Under the pieces are notes generated by a model, which worked only from the letters and a program-made list of their open reading frames with translations, did not search any database and was not told the origin of the DNA. From contig OZ024742.1 of the NCBI GenBank assembly GCA_964016885.1, positions 16,864,001 through 16,928,000 of the forward strand: a stretch of 64,000 nt of DNA, read 5' to 3'. This document shows, in pieces, positions 15,993 to 27,970 of this stretch (position 1 is its first letter; every line of letters begins with the position of its first letter). Source of the DNA: Eledone cirrhosa (Eukaryota). The translations under genes were made by a program, and so were the position numbers.

Positions 15993-17329
15993 CACACACA
16001 CAATACTAGCCAAACGCAAGGCTCTGCTTTTGGGATTGCTCTATTTTGTTTTAACCTTGATCAATTTTAAAAGGAATCCATTCAGTATTTTCATCTAATC
16101 ATAGTGTATCTAGGATTACATTATTCGATATGTTTTGCTTTTAGGCAGATGTTAGGGTTTGTTTTCAGGAAGGAATGATTACCATTTCTAGCGGGACTAC
16201 ATTACTCGATGTGTTTTGATTTTAGGTAGATGTTAGGGTTTGATTTCGGGAAGGAATAATTACCATTTCTAGCAGGACAAACAACTACTTTGAAGCTCCT
16301 GCCGTTGGCTGAACTCTGATCGATTGAGTCATTTCGGAAAATGTTAGAATCATCAAAGAACTGTTAAAAATCAAATGCATGATAGCTTTATTTCATTAAA
16401 AAAAGTACCATTTAAATCGACGACTGAGTCAATGGAGTGTACATTTTCAAACTTTTCGTTTTAAATCTAATTAAGTATGGACGAAACCGAACTGAAATTA
16501 TTTCCTTAATCTTGTCTCTGCTTTTCCTTTTAACATTTATTCGCTTTTTATCTCCCGGTCAGTCTGTCTCACTTTTAATGCCTCTCTATCCCTTTTTTTA
16601 TTTCTATTACACTCCTTCTCGCCATAAATCTTTTTGACTAATCTTATTCTTCAAGAAAATTTACAATATACTTCGTTTCGTTTTGTCAAATTCTGCAATT
16701 TTTTCATTTCTCATCCTATCATTCCAGTTCTGGTCTTCCATTCTCAGTTTTTGGTCTTCATTTCTCATTGACTTTTCCGTTTTTCCTTCTGTTTACATTT
16801 TCACGTATCATTTTCCACAAGAATTGCCGTCAAATTTCTTCAAATAATTATAATTATTATTACAAAAGAGTTTGCTCAACCGATTCATCCAAATTATTCT
16901 GCTCAGCTGATTAACCACATTCATTTCCTTCTTTTCTACAGCTTTCTACACAGCTGACGTGGTTAACATTGCTGTTCGAAAGAAATAGACAACACATCTC
17001 ATAATGTGTCAGTGATTTTCAAACTTATAGGGTTGATACATCATTATCTATCTATCTATCTATCTATCCCCTCTGTCTTCCTCTCTGTTTATATATATAT
17101 ATATATATATAGTTTTTCATAACATTTTTACTCCCAGTAGATGAGAAACTTAAGTGTAATGTTGAAGGTATGGTCAAAAATGTTTCATATTTGATAATCT
17201 AGTACTTTGTCTATTCTCCAATGATTCTATTTTGTAATATATCAAAGTTTTATTTCAAAAGTAATAAAATAAGTAATCTAAAATAAAGGTTCTGAGCTAA
17301 ATATTAATCTAAGAAAAAGCGGTACCATA

Positions 17330-17643
17330 CAGGGCCAGATTTAATGGGGGTGGGTGGTGGAAGGAGGCAATTGTCCCGGGCCCCTGCAATGGGGCCTCCA
17401 CTAGCACGAACGGTAGCAATTTATCTGTGTCCTTAGCTGGGTATTTTAGTTTTAGGAAGGTTAGACGTTTTTAATTTAATACCTGTATGTATAACTTTTC
17501 AATTCCAATTACTTGCGCCAAACTAACTTTAATATGTAAAATTGGGGTGGTTGCTGTGTATTCAATATTTTGTGTGTGTGTATGAGCCCCCCCCCCCCCA
17601 ATCTTAAGTGTCCCGGGGCCAGAAATGTCTAAATCCAACCTTT
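17330..17643. mobile_element. Putative MITE with CAGGGCC.GATTTA / TAAATCC..CC termini
   Basis: Imperfect terminal inverted repeats and GC-rich GGGGCCC subterminal motifs in an AT-rich background. Confidence 0.45.
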
Positions 17644-17939
17644 TTATTGTATCCTCCTGACATTGCCATGTCTTCAAATAGTTTATAACAAATATATGGT
17701 ATCTTCGTCATGTATAGCTGTTGTCTAGCTACATCGTCGTTCCAAGCGTGAGAAACATGTGTTTTACCTTTTAAGTTTCTCCCGTAACTCCCGAGGGTGT
17801 CCTAGGGGTGCCGCATTGACATAAAGCGTTTCTGGGGTATTCTTAAAATCTAGCGGAGTCTATCTCCTCTCCAAGCCTGAGTACAACATATTTCTTCCAG
17901 AGAAGGATAGAGAGTGAAAAAATGGAAGTAAGGAAGAGA

Positions 17940-19176
17940 TATAGAGGAAAAATCGACCCCCCAAAAAAATAAATTAAGGATGAAATTGAGATTAAAAAGA
18001 TTTATGAGAGAGAGAAAAAAATAATGATTGCGGATAAATATTCTAACGTCAAAAAAAACAACAAAAAAAAACAGATGTATATGTTATGAATGATTTTACA
18101 AGGTGAAGATAGAGTGAGGGTAATGAGTAAACAAGTATTATAGAGTGTATAAAGCCCTTTAAAGTATGGTAGGAAGATGGGTATATGTTAAAGAGGTGTA
18201 TGTATATGTGCCTTTTTTTTTTTTTTTTTTTTTTTTTTCTCCCCATCAACGAACTCATTCTTAATACATATTAACTCTATTCGCATATATTATCAATTCC
18301 TCCAATATACAAACTTTAACTTCACATTATTTTTCTCAAATCCTTCTACACACAAACCTTAATAATTTTTCTCTTCGTTAATTTTGAAATTGCCACAACA
18401 TACCCTTTTTTTGACGTTAGAATATTCATCCACAATTATTATTTCTTCTCTCTATCTTCATACATAAATTCCCTTCGTTAATTTTCAAATTCCTTTAATT
18501 TATACATTATCTTCCAACGGTTTCTCAACCTCTCTGTGTAAGGCAATGTATCTTTCTCTCAGTTATAAAAACTATCTCTTTCTCTCTATCGCCCATCTCT
18601 CCCTCTCCACCTTCACTCTCATCTCCTCCCCCTTTTTTTCATCCTTTCCAGCCCCCCTCCTTAAATAAAATACTTTTTCCTCGCACATATCCTCCTTTCG
18701 TTGATTTTCAAAAATTTTTTGGGGTTTATACATTATCTTCCAACGGTTTTCAACCTCTCTGTGTGGGACAGTATATCTCCTCTCAGTTATAAAAGCTATC
18801 TCTTTCTCTCTATCACCCATCTCTCCCTCTCATTTCCTCCCCCTTTTTCATCCTTTCCACCCCCCCCCCTCTCTAAATAAAATATTTTTCCCAATATCAC
18901 ACATCAATCTAAAACCACTTTTCATATGTAGATTTAAAACTGCACTATCCACAAGTGTTTTTTAGCCTTCATATCATGTTCTCCTGTTTTATCTGATGAA
19001 AACACAAATATTATTGCATGATGATGTTTGTTTTTGAAATGCGCATAATAAAATACATGGAACTCCTTTAACCATCTTTTGATCTTATATTATGCATACT
19101 CCAGTCCTACAAACTGTAGAGTGCTTCTTATCCGATATCTGCATTGCTTTATTGTACTACAATAAAACTCACCTCC

Positions 19177-19180
<4 letters not shown>
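17940..19180 (+). mobile_element. PLE-type pseudo-LTR remnant (family 4) with inverted 5' piece and internal duplication
   Basis: 18008-18060 is inverted relative to 18405-18452; 18500-18680 is duplicated at 18725-18890; hammerhead near the 3' end; ends in (TA)n. Confidence 0.5.
18985..19055 (+). ncRNA. Type-I minimal hammerhead ribozyme
   Basis: TGTTTTAT-CTGATGA-[AAACACAAATATTATT/GATGATGTTTGTTTTT]-GAAA-TGCGCA-TA^-ATAAAATA; palindromic stem III ATGCGCAT. Confidence 0.8.
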
Positions 19181-19256
<76 letters not shown>

Positions 19257-19383
19257 TATAAGCAAAAGGGATATTCAATTTGTTGGTAATTCAATAAATA
19301 TAAATGTTTATAACTGATTCAGAGCACTCGACAGATTTTTGGAGTATAATATTCAATGATATTCATTAAATGGAAACTATATT

Positions 19384-19477
19384 GGGATGGCGTCATCGTA
19401 TGGCTAAAACAGCACGTGCTGTGACCAGCAGCGCCGAATGGCGCCCGACAGACTGGTCGGTCAAGGTGATCAAGGTG
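19384..19477 (+). mobile_element. 94-bp LINE 3'-end insertion in the left pseudo-LTR
   Basis: Absent from the 22906 copy; ATATT duplicated on both sides; ends in a (CAAGGTGAT)2 tail; reads GWRHRMAK.. like an RTE C-terminus. Confidence 0.65.
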
Positions 19478-19496
19478 ATATTTATGAAACCATATT

Positions 19497-19557
19497 TATT
19501 CTATTATATATATTTCAAGGGTACCAAAACTTTGGTACACCCTCATCAGATAAAATA
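19497..19557 (-). ncRNA. Type-I minimal hammerhead ribozyme (PLE pseudo-LTR)
   Basis: Reverse complement: TATTTTAT-CTGATGA-GGGTGTACCAAAGTTTTGGTACCCTT-GAAA-TATATA-TA^-ATAGAATA. Confidence 0.8.
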
Positions 19558-20734
19558 CAAAGTTTGTTTTATAAATTTTGACATAACCAAGAAAAGATAC
19601 CTTAACGGTTCAAGTTCTTCTTGGATGGTGAAGGGAAAAGAGAAGAAAAGTCAGATATTTAAAATTATTAAGATGAGTATGCAAATGAGGTTGAAGTATA
19701 GGGCTGAAAAGACGTTATTTTAGACGCTATGCAGAATTTAAATAATCAGGATATACGTATGTATGAGTAGGAAGAAGAAAAAAAGAGGAGCTTGCATTTA
19801 CGTTAATTCAAAAGGAATTAACAATTTGCAGGAATGGTGGATTATGATTCCAGAATTAAAATTTATTTAGCTATATTATGAGTTAAAATATTGTATATAT
19901 AATCAATTAGATTATATGAAGAATTATGGTTGTAAGTAGATTTTATCTTATTACATTACAATGGGTTATAAGTATATAACTATCTATATAGATTAATAAT
20001 TGTGCATGTATAAGTATTATAGAAATAGAAATAATTTACAATTATTAGTTGTTTATATTTCTAATATGAGTTACGAAAGATGTTGATTTTGCATTTTACA
20101 TAAGAAACACAGTTCAAGTTGTAAGAGGAGAACAATTTGTAGATTTCAAATATTTTGTTCCAGCATTGAAAATATTTTCAGAATATTGTTAATTTAGCGA
20201 AGTTATATAGTTTATCATACATATTATATTATAATATAATGTTTATATTTCCACGATTGAAAAGGGAAAGATAACTCCAATCTTTTTGTTAACCGTTAAA
20301 TTTGATGAATGATTTACTCAGAAAATATATAGAGAAAATTATATATTATTTTGTGTGAGATTAATTTCAATTATATATTATTTTAGTCGAAAGATGTGTG
20401 AAAGTTTGAAGATCAAAAGAAGGGGAAAAAGTAATGTGCATTTCGAAGAACTATCGTAAAGAGGATACACTTTCAGAATGTCAATTAAAGATTATCAATC
20501 TACGTCTAAAACATATATTTAAAGGGGTATCATTAGGAAAATAATGTCAAAAAAGCAAAAATAGTAAAAAAATATATTAAAAAATTAAAAACTTAATGTC
20601 AAATGGTAAAAATAGTAGAAATATTAAAAATTAAGAAGGAAGATCATTTAAAAAAATTAAATTTAAATTTTTAATAAAAATAGGATAATTTTGAAGGTGT
20701 ATAAGATATAGTCAAGTGTAATGAATATCATAAA

Positions 20735-22852
20735 TTAAAAATACTTCTGAAAGTGGAATTTTGGCGATGTCTGCAAGTAGAAAATAATTCTGTTTTAAGA
20801 TTAATAGAGTTTTAACAGTTAATTATATAAAAAATTCTTTGATACACATGTTACAGAATCTTGAGAAAGCCATATTTCAATTTGCAGGTGCTTTCGAAAT
20901 CGTTCCCCAAGATATTGAATAGTCTATATTGTTGTCTTTTAAGTTCCAAATTAAATGTGAAAGTGAAGTGGAAGATTTATCGGATCTATTAAATGTGTTT
21001 ATGGTTATACCAGCGTTCTTTGAATTTTGTAGAAGTGGCACCAATATAGTTAAATACTTTGTCTCTAGTTTTAACTGTGCATTTATAAATTACGTTTTTG
21101 TCTAAGCAATTATTTTGTAAAGGGCAGTTTGATTTAATTCAGTTACATTTTCTGGAGTTGTTGTTCGGAACGGTACTATTATTCTGAATGTTGTTGTTAG
21201 AAATATTATTATTGCTGTCTTGGTTAGTTTGGTTAAGGTTTAAATTTAAGTTTCTATTATTACCCGCCGAGGTTAACTTTGCCTTTCATCCTTACGGGGT
21301 CGATAAAATAAAGTACCAGTAATAAACTGGAATAATTGCTGGCCTTGTGCCAAAAGTAGAAACAATTATTAATTCTATTTATATTTTGTGCTATGTTCAT
21401 AGTAGTAGAGTAGGATAGTTTTATAGTGTGTCTGTTAAAAATAGAGTTGTATCTGTGGGCTTCATTGTAATATTCTGCCTTATCATCAAAAATATTTTTA
21501 TTAGCAGAGATGCGTGAAATCCGTTGTTGGACGCTATTGACAATAGTGTTTTTAATATTTCTAGGATGATTAGAATTGAAACTTACGTAATTTAGATTTT
21601 CGTTAATTTTACGGAATGGATAGTAAAGACCTGTGCTAAGGTTTAAGGTTACATCTAAGAAGTTAACGATTTTGTAATTATTCTCGATTTCTAAATTAAG
21701 GTTGTAGTTGTTGAAAAATTGTATTATGGATTTCCTTTTCCTATTAATTTCACTATTGCTATGGTTTTCAATTAAAAGTAACATATCGCCGCGATATAAA
21801 CCTCCGGTCATCTCTGGCATTTTCCTATGAAGTACATTATTAATGAATAATCCAACGGGGTCCGTTACTTGCGCCGAGTCAGATGATCCCATAGTGATAT
21901 CAAAATTGTTTTTTCTGTCGGCTTTTGTCCAGAGATGATTATTAAATTCTATTAGGGTTTTACGTGCTGTCAGAATGATATTCATTTCATCACTAGATAG
22001 GTCTGTATATTTAGAAGTGGAGATAAGTGCCTTATTAAGTAAGCTAGGGGTAATAGAGGAGTAGTAATTTGCAATATCCATTTGAATGAATTTGTTGCTA
22101 TGTTTTTATTTTATGTTATTAAACCAATCTATAACTTCATTAGTACCGTTCCATAGTTTAAGGTGTGATTTTTCTTTAGGTAGTGGTATAATTCTATCTA
22201 ATATATGCTTGCTAATTATGCCTAAGTCCGATTTAGATGGTGCGATGAGTCTGACTGGTAGTTCAATTTCAACATTTCTTTTGTGGTCCTTCAGGTTAAT
22301 CTTCGGTTTTCTGGGTATAAAGGGTTCGGTCCTATTTTGGATGCCTAATTCATAGATAATTTCCGAAGCTTCCCTATTTAACATTGAAAGATCTTCATTT
22401 GATGTTATTTTGTAGTTTTTCCTGATTTCTTGCAATATAAGGTTATTATATTCGACCTTTTCCATACCATATAAATAATTTGTTTTGTCAGATTTTACCA
22501 GGATCCTCTTTGTTTTTTCTAGATTGTCTATTTTATGCTTGAGGCCTTTAAGGTACTCCTGGCCGATAAATTGGTTTCTTTTGAATTTAATGTTTTGTAT
22601 AATAGAGATTACTTCATTTTCAAATTCGGCTAGTAGTTTGTAGCTAGGTGGATTCTTCTTAGATTTGAAGATAAGATCGAAGTTGTAACTGGATTTATTT
22701 ATTTTGTCCTCCGATTTTTTATTAAAATGGAAAGCATGCTATCTGAGTCTTCGTATAAAGGAGTCAGATTTCTCTATGAGTTGTTTTAGGTATTCTTTAT
22801 TTTTAGGTAAGAGTACATCTTTTAGAGAAGAAGAAATCCTAAAGAATTCCAT
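20735..22852 (-). pseudogene. PLE polyprotein (RT + Cys linker + GIY-YIG endonuclease), disrupted
   Basis: MEFFRISSSLKDVLLP..; DIANYYSSI; FDITMGSSDSAQVTD; GLYRGD (YRDD mutated); VNFLDVTLNL; SNHP; KLSYSTT; CN*IKSNCPLQNNC; VIYKCTV; ends CRHRQKFHF; stops, frameshifts and a SINE insertion. Confidence 0.88.
21262..21370 (+). mobile_element. 5'-truncated SINE family A inserted in the PLE ORF
   Basis: SINE A body with ATT-type tail interrupts the coding sequence. Confidence 0.85.
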
Positions 22853-23044
22853 TATTTTGAAATCAGTTATAGTTTAAAGTGCTCAACAATAAATGAGCTA
22901 TTTACAAGCAAAAGGGATATTCAATTTGTTGGTAATTCAATAAATATAAATGTTTATAACTGATTCAGAGCACTCGACAAATTTTCTGGAGTATAATATT
23001 CAATGATATTTAATACATCGAAACTATATTTATAAAACCATATT

Positions 23045-23105
23045 TATTCTATTATATATATTTCAAGGGTACCAAAACTTTGGTACGCTCTCATCAGATA
23101 AAATA
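23045..23105 (-). ncRNA. Type-I minimal hammerhead ribozyme (upstream pseudo-LTR)
   Basis: Reverse complement: TATTTTAT-CTGATGA-GAGCGTACCAAAGTTTTGGTACCCTT-GAAA-TATATA-TA^-ATAGAATA; about 200 nt upstream of the ORF ATG. Confidence 0.8.
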
Positions 23106-23819
23106 CAAAGTTTGTTTTATAAATTTTGACATAACCAAGAAAAGATACCTTAACGGTTCAAGTTCTTCTTGGATGGTGAAGGGAAAAGAGAAGAAAAGTC
23201 AGATATTTCAAATTATTGAGATGAGTATGCAAATGAGGTTGAAGCATAGGGCTGAAAAAACGTTATTTTAGACGCTATGCAGAATTTAAATAATCAGGAT
23301 ATACGTATGTATGAGTAGGAAGAAGAAAAAAAGAAGAGCTTGCAATTACGTTAATTCAAAAGGAATTAACAATTTGCGGGAATGGTGGAATATGATTCCA
23401 GAATTTAAATTTATTTAGGTATATTATGAGTTATAATATCGTATATATAATCAATTAGATTATATGAAGAATTATGGTTGTAAATAGATTTATCTTATTA
23501 CATTACAATGGGTTGTAAGTATATAACTATCTATATAGATTAATAATTGTGCATGTATAAGTATTATAGAAATAGAAATAATTTACAATTATTAATTGTT
23601 TATATTTCTAATATGAGTTACGAAAGATGTTGATTTTGCATTTTACATAAGAAACAGTGTTCAAGTTGTAAGAGGAGAACAATTTGTAGATTTCAAATAT
23701 TTTGTTCCAACATTGAAAAGTTTTCAGAATATTGTTAATATAGCGAAGTTATATAGTTTATCATACATATATTATAATATAATGTATATGTTATATATAT
23801 ATATGTATATATATATATT

Positions 23820-24112
23820 AAGTCTCCCATCGGTCACTAATGACCATGGTTTTGCACCTAGAAATTTACCGTCCGGGGCACAAACCTGGGGAAGGATGGC
23901 TTGTGGAAGACGCGTGGTCGGCCATGTATATCACCCTCCCCTCTCTACGCCACCGACGTTGTCCAAGAGAAAGGCAATGGCCGATACAGCTTGGCACCAG
24001 TGACGTCGCAACTCATTTCTAAAATTTAGTGAACTGGAACAACGTGAAACACAGTGTCTTGCTCAAGGACACAGCGCATCACTCGATCCGAGAATCGAAC
24101 TAACAACCTCTC
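23820..24112 (-). mobile_element. SINE family B variant with a different 3' body
   Basis: Shares CAACGTGAAA..AGTGTCTTGCTCAAGGACAC..GAATCGAAC head region; GC-rich tail differs from the 15.3/15.8 kb copies. Confidence 0.7.
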
Positions 24113-24156
24113 AATTCCCTATATAAACATAACGCTTAAGATATATATGATATAAC

Positions 24157-24351
24157 TTAAACCTCTAGCATTTAAACCGGCCTTTTTTCTGTTTACACTA
24201 GCTATAACTTGCCACTCATACCAACGTCAAGGTATTGTTCTCAAAGTAAATTACATCAAGAACGCATAGATTCGGTATTATGTGAAGTGAAGCTTTTACC
24301 GTGAAATTATAATAGTATATATATAGAGTAATGTAAATGCTAAAGGGTTAA
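24157..24351 (+). mobile_element. piggyBac-type MITE
   Basis: TTAA-ACCTCTAGCATTTA ... TAAATGCTAAAGGG-TTAA; homologous to 37279 and 41789. Confidence 0.75.
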
Positions 24352-24800
24352 ACGAAGCCTTTTGTTACGTGCGAAATATGGCAAAAATATGTAGGGGCGC
24401 CATCTGCGCTAATAGAATCTGGCTTCTGTTGCATAGCAGATAAACTGCATAGTCCTCTACACTAAGATGATCCGACAAATTTTAACATCAAATTTAGCTT
24501 ATGGATTTATTTGATTAAATCATGATGATGTTCCTGCTGTCTTACGGAACAGGAGCTATCACATATGTATGTATCAATACATACATATATACATGCATAC
24601 ATACATATATATGCGCTTGTGTGTACACATACACACAAACACACATATATATATATATATGTATATATAGGTATTGATTCGCATCTAATAGTTAGAATAT
24701 CTATACATGCTTCTGGCATATTTCTGATATTTTGCTTAAAGTTTATATACGCCCCGAGCATATTAATATGGAAGTGTTGTAAATATTAAAATACGATTCT

Positions 24801-24874
<74 letters not shown>

Positions 24875-24878
<4 letters not shown>

Positions 24879-24925
24879 GGAAAAAATTAAACGAAATTTC
24901 ATTTCCCACTCTTAGGACGGCTGTT
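24875..24925 (-). mobile_element. Tiny PLE terminal fragment at a (TA)n edge
   Basis: Homologous to 7857-7905. Confidence 0.5.
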
Positions 24926-25171
24926 ACTTAAATATAAGTATGTACACGTACATACATATATGTATACAGACGTACAGTAGTATGTATATATATATACATA
25001 CATGCACATATATATATATGTACGTATAGATTCACCGAACATTCATTATAATGCCCGGTGTGTTTGTAAACAAACATCCCGTATTAAGCGGTAGTGTCTA
25101 GCAACCATCGTTGCTCGTTTGTTCAACACTGACAAAGGAACGCTGTACTAGTTTCAAGCTTATTAGCTATC

Positions 25172-25354
25172 GTCAGCAACGTATATCATCCTGCCAGATT
25201 GTTGAACGTATATACTTACCTTATGCATATTAACGTTTTCGGTGCACCCGGCCGATTAACCCACTCGATATGCAAATTGGGCTACTCAGCCGTTAATATG
25301 CATAAGGTAAGTATATACGTTCAACAATCTGGCAGGAAGGTATACGTTGCTGAC
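25172..25354. repeat. Inverted repeat (~65-bp arms) at the 5' junction of a truncated PLE
   Basis: GTCAGCAACGTATA..CCTTATGCATATTAACG / CGTTAATATGCATAAGG..TATACGTTGCTGAC. Confidence 0.85.
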
Positions 25355-26587
25355 AAATAACAAATCCCCAGGTAATAATAACCCCAGGAAGGCCCCTACC
25401 AACTCCACTAGAACCCCTAGAAGGAATAGACCTAGAAATATCACCTGGCTTAACCCCCAATTCTCATCTAATCTAGCCACTAATATCCCCAAACGCTTCT
25501 TCTCTATCCTATCTAAACATTTCCCTCCAACCATAGATATTACAAACTCTTTAATAAAAATAACATTAACATCTCATTCTCCACAACACCTAACCTAGCT
25601 AGCCACATCGCATTCAGTAACCTTCATAAACTAAGACAGTATAACTCCCACACCGCGGTACCACCACCTCTATCAATTACACCACGCCACTACACAAATA
25701 ATTACTCTAGTAGCACACCTCCCCCATCTAAGCCTTCTAGCACTGACCTACCGCTTAGGTTAAACTACCTTACTCTCACTAACCGCAGAAGCAACTGCAA
25801 CTGCCGTTAACCCAATGCATGCCCATTAAATGGACACTGCCTGACACCCAACATAGTCTATAGGTGCACGGTTAAAACTGCTTCGAATACCAGCTCTTAT
25901 ATCGGGTCTACCTCTAACTCTTTTAAGGTACGCTATAACGCGCACTCCTTTTCCTTCCGAGACCCTAGCAACAGATGTTCGACATCGCTAGCTAGGCTCA
26001 TTAAAAACCTTAAATTGAACAACGTTCAACACTCACTAAAATTGGATATCTTGGCTAGGGCCCAACCGTTCAATGGACCAAGAAAATATTGTGATCTCTG
26101 TATTACAGAAGCATATTACACAACTCTATCACGACCTCTACCGATTAACGATAGGACGGAGGTAACTATTAGCTGTCAACATCGAAGGGCTAATTCCTTC
26201 GCCAATAGAATATTTGACCCAACTTAGTCATCTAGCCCCATTTTTACTTGTAGCTAATAAGTTAAATTGCTATGAACAACTTAGATAATTATAAGTTACC
26301 TCTCCTACATTGTCTCTCAATTAAAACATTTAAAAATTAGCACTTAACTATACATACTCACAATGTCTAATCTCTCGAGGAGTTACCTCCCCTGAAACCA
26401 CCCTCTAATTAGTAAGGTAAATATGTCCTTTGGCAGCCATCTTGTTACCCATAGGCAGATCTCACACAATGCAGCCTCGACAGATGAATACTGCTTGATT
26501 ATGGCTGACAACTGATGCAACCAAGACACCATAGTAAAAAACCAATATATGAAACATTATATTATGTAACATTCTCTCATTATTTTA

Positions 26588-26767
26588 TGGCAGTATCAGT
26601 AGAGGGTCGGACGCCATGCTTTCCAGCATAGTTACGTCCCTTTACGATCTGAGTTCAAATCCCGCCGAGGTTGACTTTGCCTTTCATCCTTACGGGGTAG
26701 ATAAAATAAAGTACCAGTAATGCACTGGGTAATTGCTGGCCTTGTGCCTAAAGTAGAAACAATTATT
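26588..26767 (+). mobile_element. SINE family A copy
   Basis: Full head and body. Confidence 0.85.
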
Positions 26768-26787
26768 TTAATCTATATTCCTTTGAA

Positions 26788-26907
26788 GTTCCGATGAGCC
26801 GCTCTGTCTTTTAAATATGTTAATTATTTTCAACTGAACCGGATCAATTATGTTATATAGTCATCTTATCCAGAAATATCATACGGAGTAGCGAAACAAT
26901 TGTAAAC
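26788..26907 (+). ncRNA. Hammerhead-like motif with long stem II and U4C core change
   Basis: GTT-CCGATGA-GCCGCTCTGT..ACGGAGTAGC-GAAA-CAATTG-TA^-AAC. Confidence 0.55.
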
Positions 26908-27169
26908 GGACATTATTATTATTAATATTATTATTATTATTCTCTACATTCCTTACATCAAACTAAAATATGTTGACAATCTTTTAATAATGTCTTCCTT
27001 GTGAAATTTGTGGTCTTGTTTTGCTTAACTAATGAATATTTCCAGCTCTGCGAACCTAACTTCTGCATGAACCCAGCCACCTAGTTGCTTTCTACTGCAT
27101 ATTGCACATTGAACACATGCCTTTACGCTTTGGCTTCTAACTAATTCACCAATCTCTCTTCTCATATCT

Positions 27170-27295
27170 CCTCTCCTATTGGCACAAGGTCAGCAATTAT
27201 CCCAGTGCATTACTGGTACTTTATTTTATCGACCCTCAAAGTTAACCTCGGCGGGATTTGAACTCAGACCAAATCCCGCCGAGGTTATCATTGCC
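27170..27295 (-). mobile_element. SINE family A partial copy with a small fold-back
   Basis: Reverse complement of the SINE A body; AACCTCGGCGGGATTTG followed by CAAATCCCGCCGAGGTT. Confidence 0.75.
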
Positions 27296-27465
27296 TTAAA
27301 TTTTGATTATGATTAAATAAATCCAATCAATCTATTATATAATCGATAATCAGGTTCTCTAGCTCATTTTATTTACTATATTTCTATCTGTTCACAATCT
27401 AAATATTAAAGAATTCGGTTGATATTTACGTCTAATGTTTGTATGATGATTCCTTACAGTAGTTA

Positions 27466-27970
27466 TCTATATAGAAAATTGAATTCCTGTCTGCTTGTTT
27501 GTTTGTACACGAACTCCTCCTATGGTTTTGGAGATAGACCCCCCATAACCATAGATATTCCGAAACTACATTTCCCAGGGTACATAGATAAGTATATTTC
27601 ATTTTAATCAAAGTGTTCCCCCGAGGCACAAACCCTCGCTGAAAGTTTTTTTCCTTTCGATTTATATGAAATTTAAACCATAGGTAAATGACAAGATATG
27701 ATGGTTATTCACAAAAGTTTTGAATTGATATTTTGAAAAAAATTATTTACAAGAGACAAAATAAGAATGAGATTTGATAATGTAATTTTGATTTGATATA
27801 TTACAAAAAATAATGTTTTCCAATTTTTCATGCATTACATTTTACATTGAGTAATATTGAAATGCAGAGTTTTTCTCCATAAATTATATCAGTGATTTAA
27901 AATCAATCAACATTTTATTACAAAAAAAAAAAATGTGTGAAACGCAGCAAGTCGCGGATAATTCGGCTAG
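27466..27970 (+). mobile_element. Non-autonomous Helitron-like element
   Basis: A|TCTATATAGAAAA 5' end followed by a (TGTC/TGTT) microsatellite; 3' GC-rich segment then CTAG|T. Confidence 0.55.

Larger units (their letters stand above)
19260..23785 (-). mobile_element. Full-length Penelope-like element (family 1) with tandem pseudo-LTRs
   Basis: Direct repeats 19260-20242 and 22906-23785 flank an RT + GIY-YIG ORF; (TA)-rich sequence on both sides. Confidence 0.9.
25355..26950 (+). mobile_element. 5'-truncated PLE (thumb + GIY-YIG + 3' UTR)
   Basis: RNITWLNPQFS..KHFP; CNCR*PNACPLNGHC; IVYRCTV..SYIGSTSNSFKVRY; CDLCITE..CQHR; coding end at 26227. Confidence 0.85.

Noticed and set aside
21140-21162. 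In-frame TGA at a conserved Cys of the PLE linker as possible selenocysteine
   Set aside because: The motif is also one codon short, which fits a 3-nt deletion; the ORF has other TAG stops and frameshifts; no SECIS identified.
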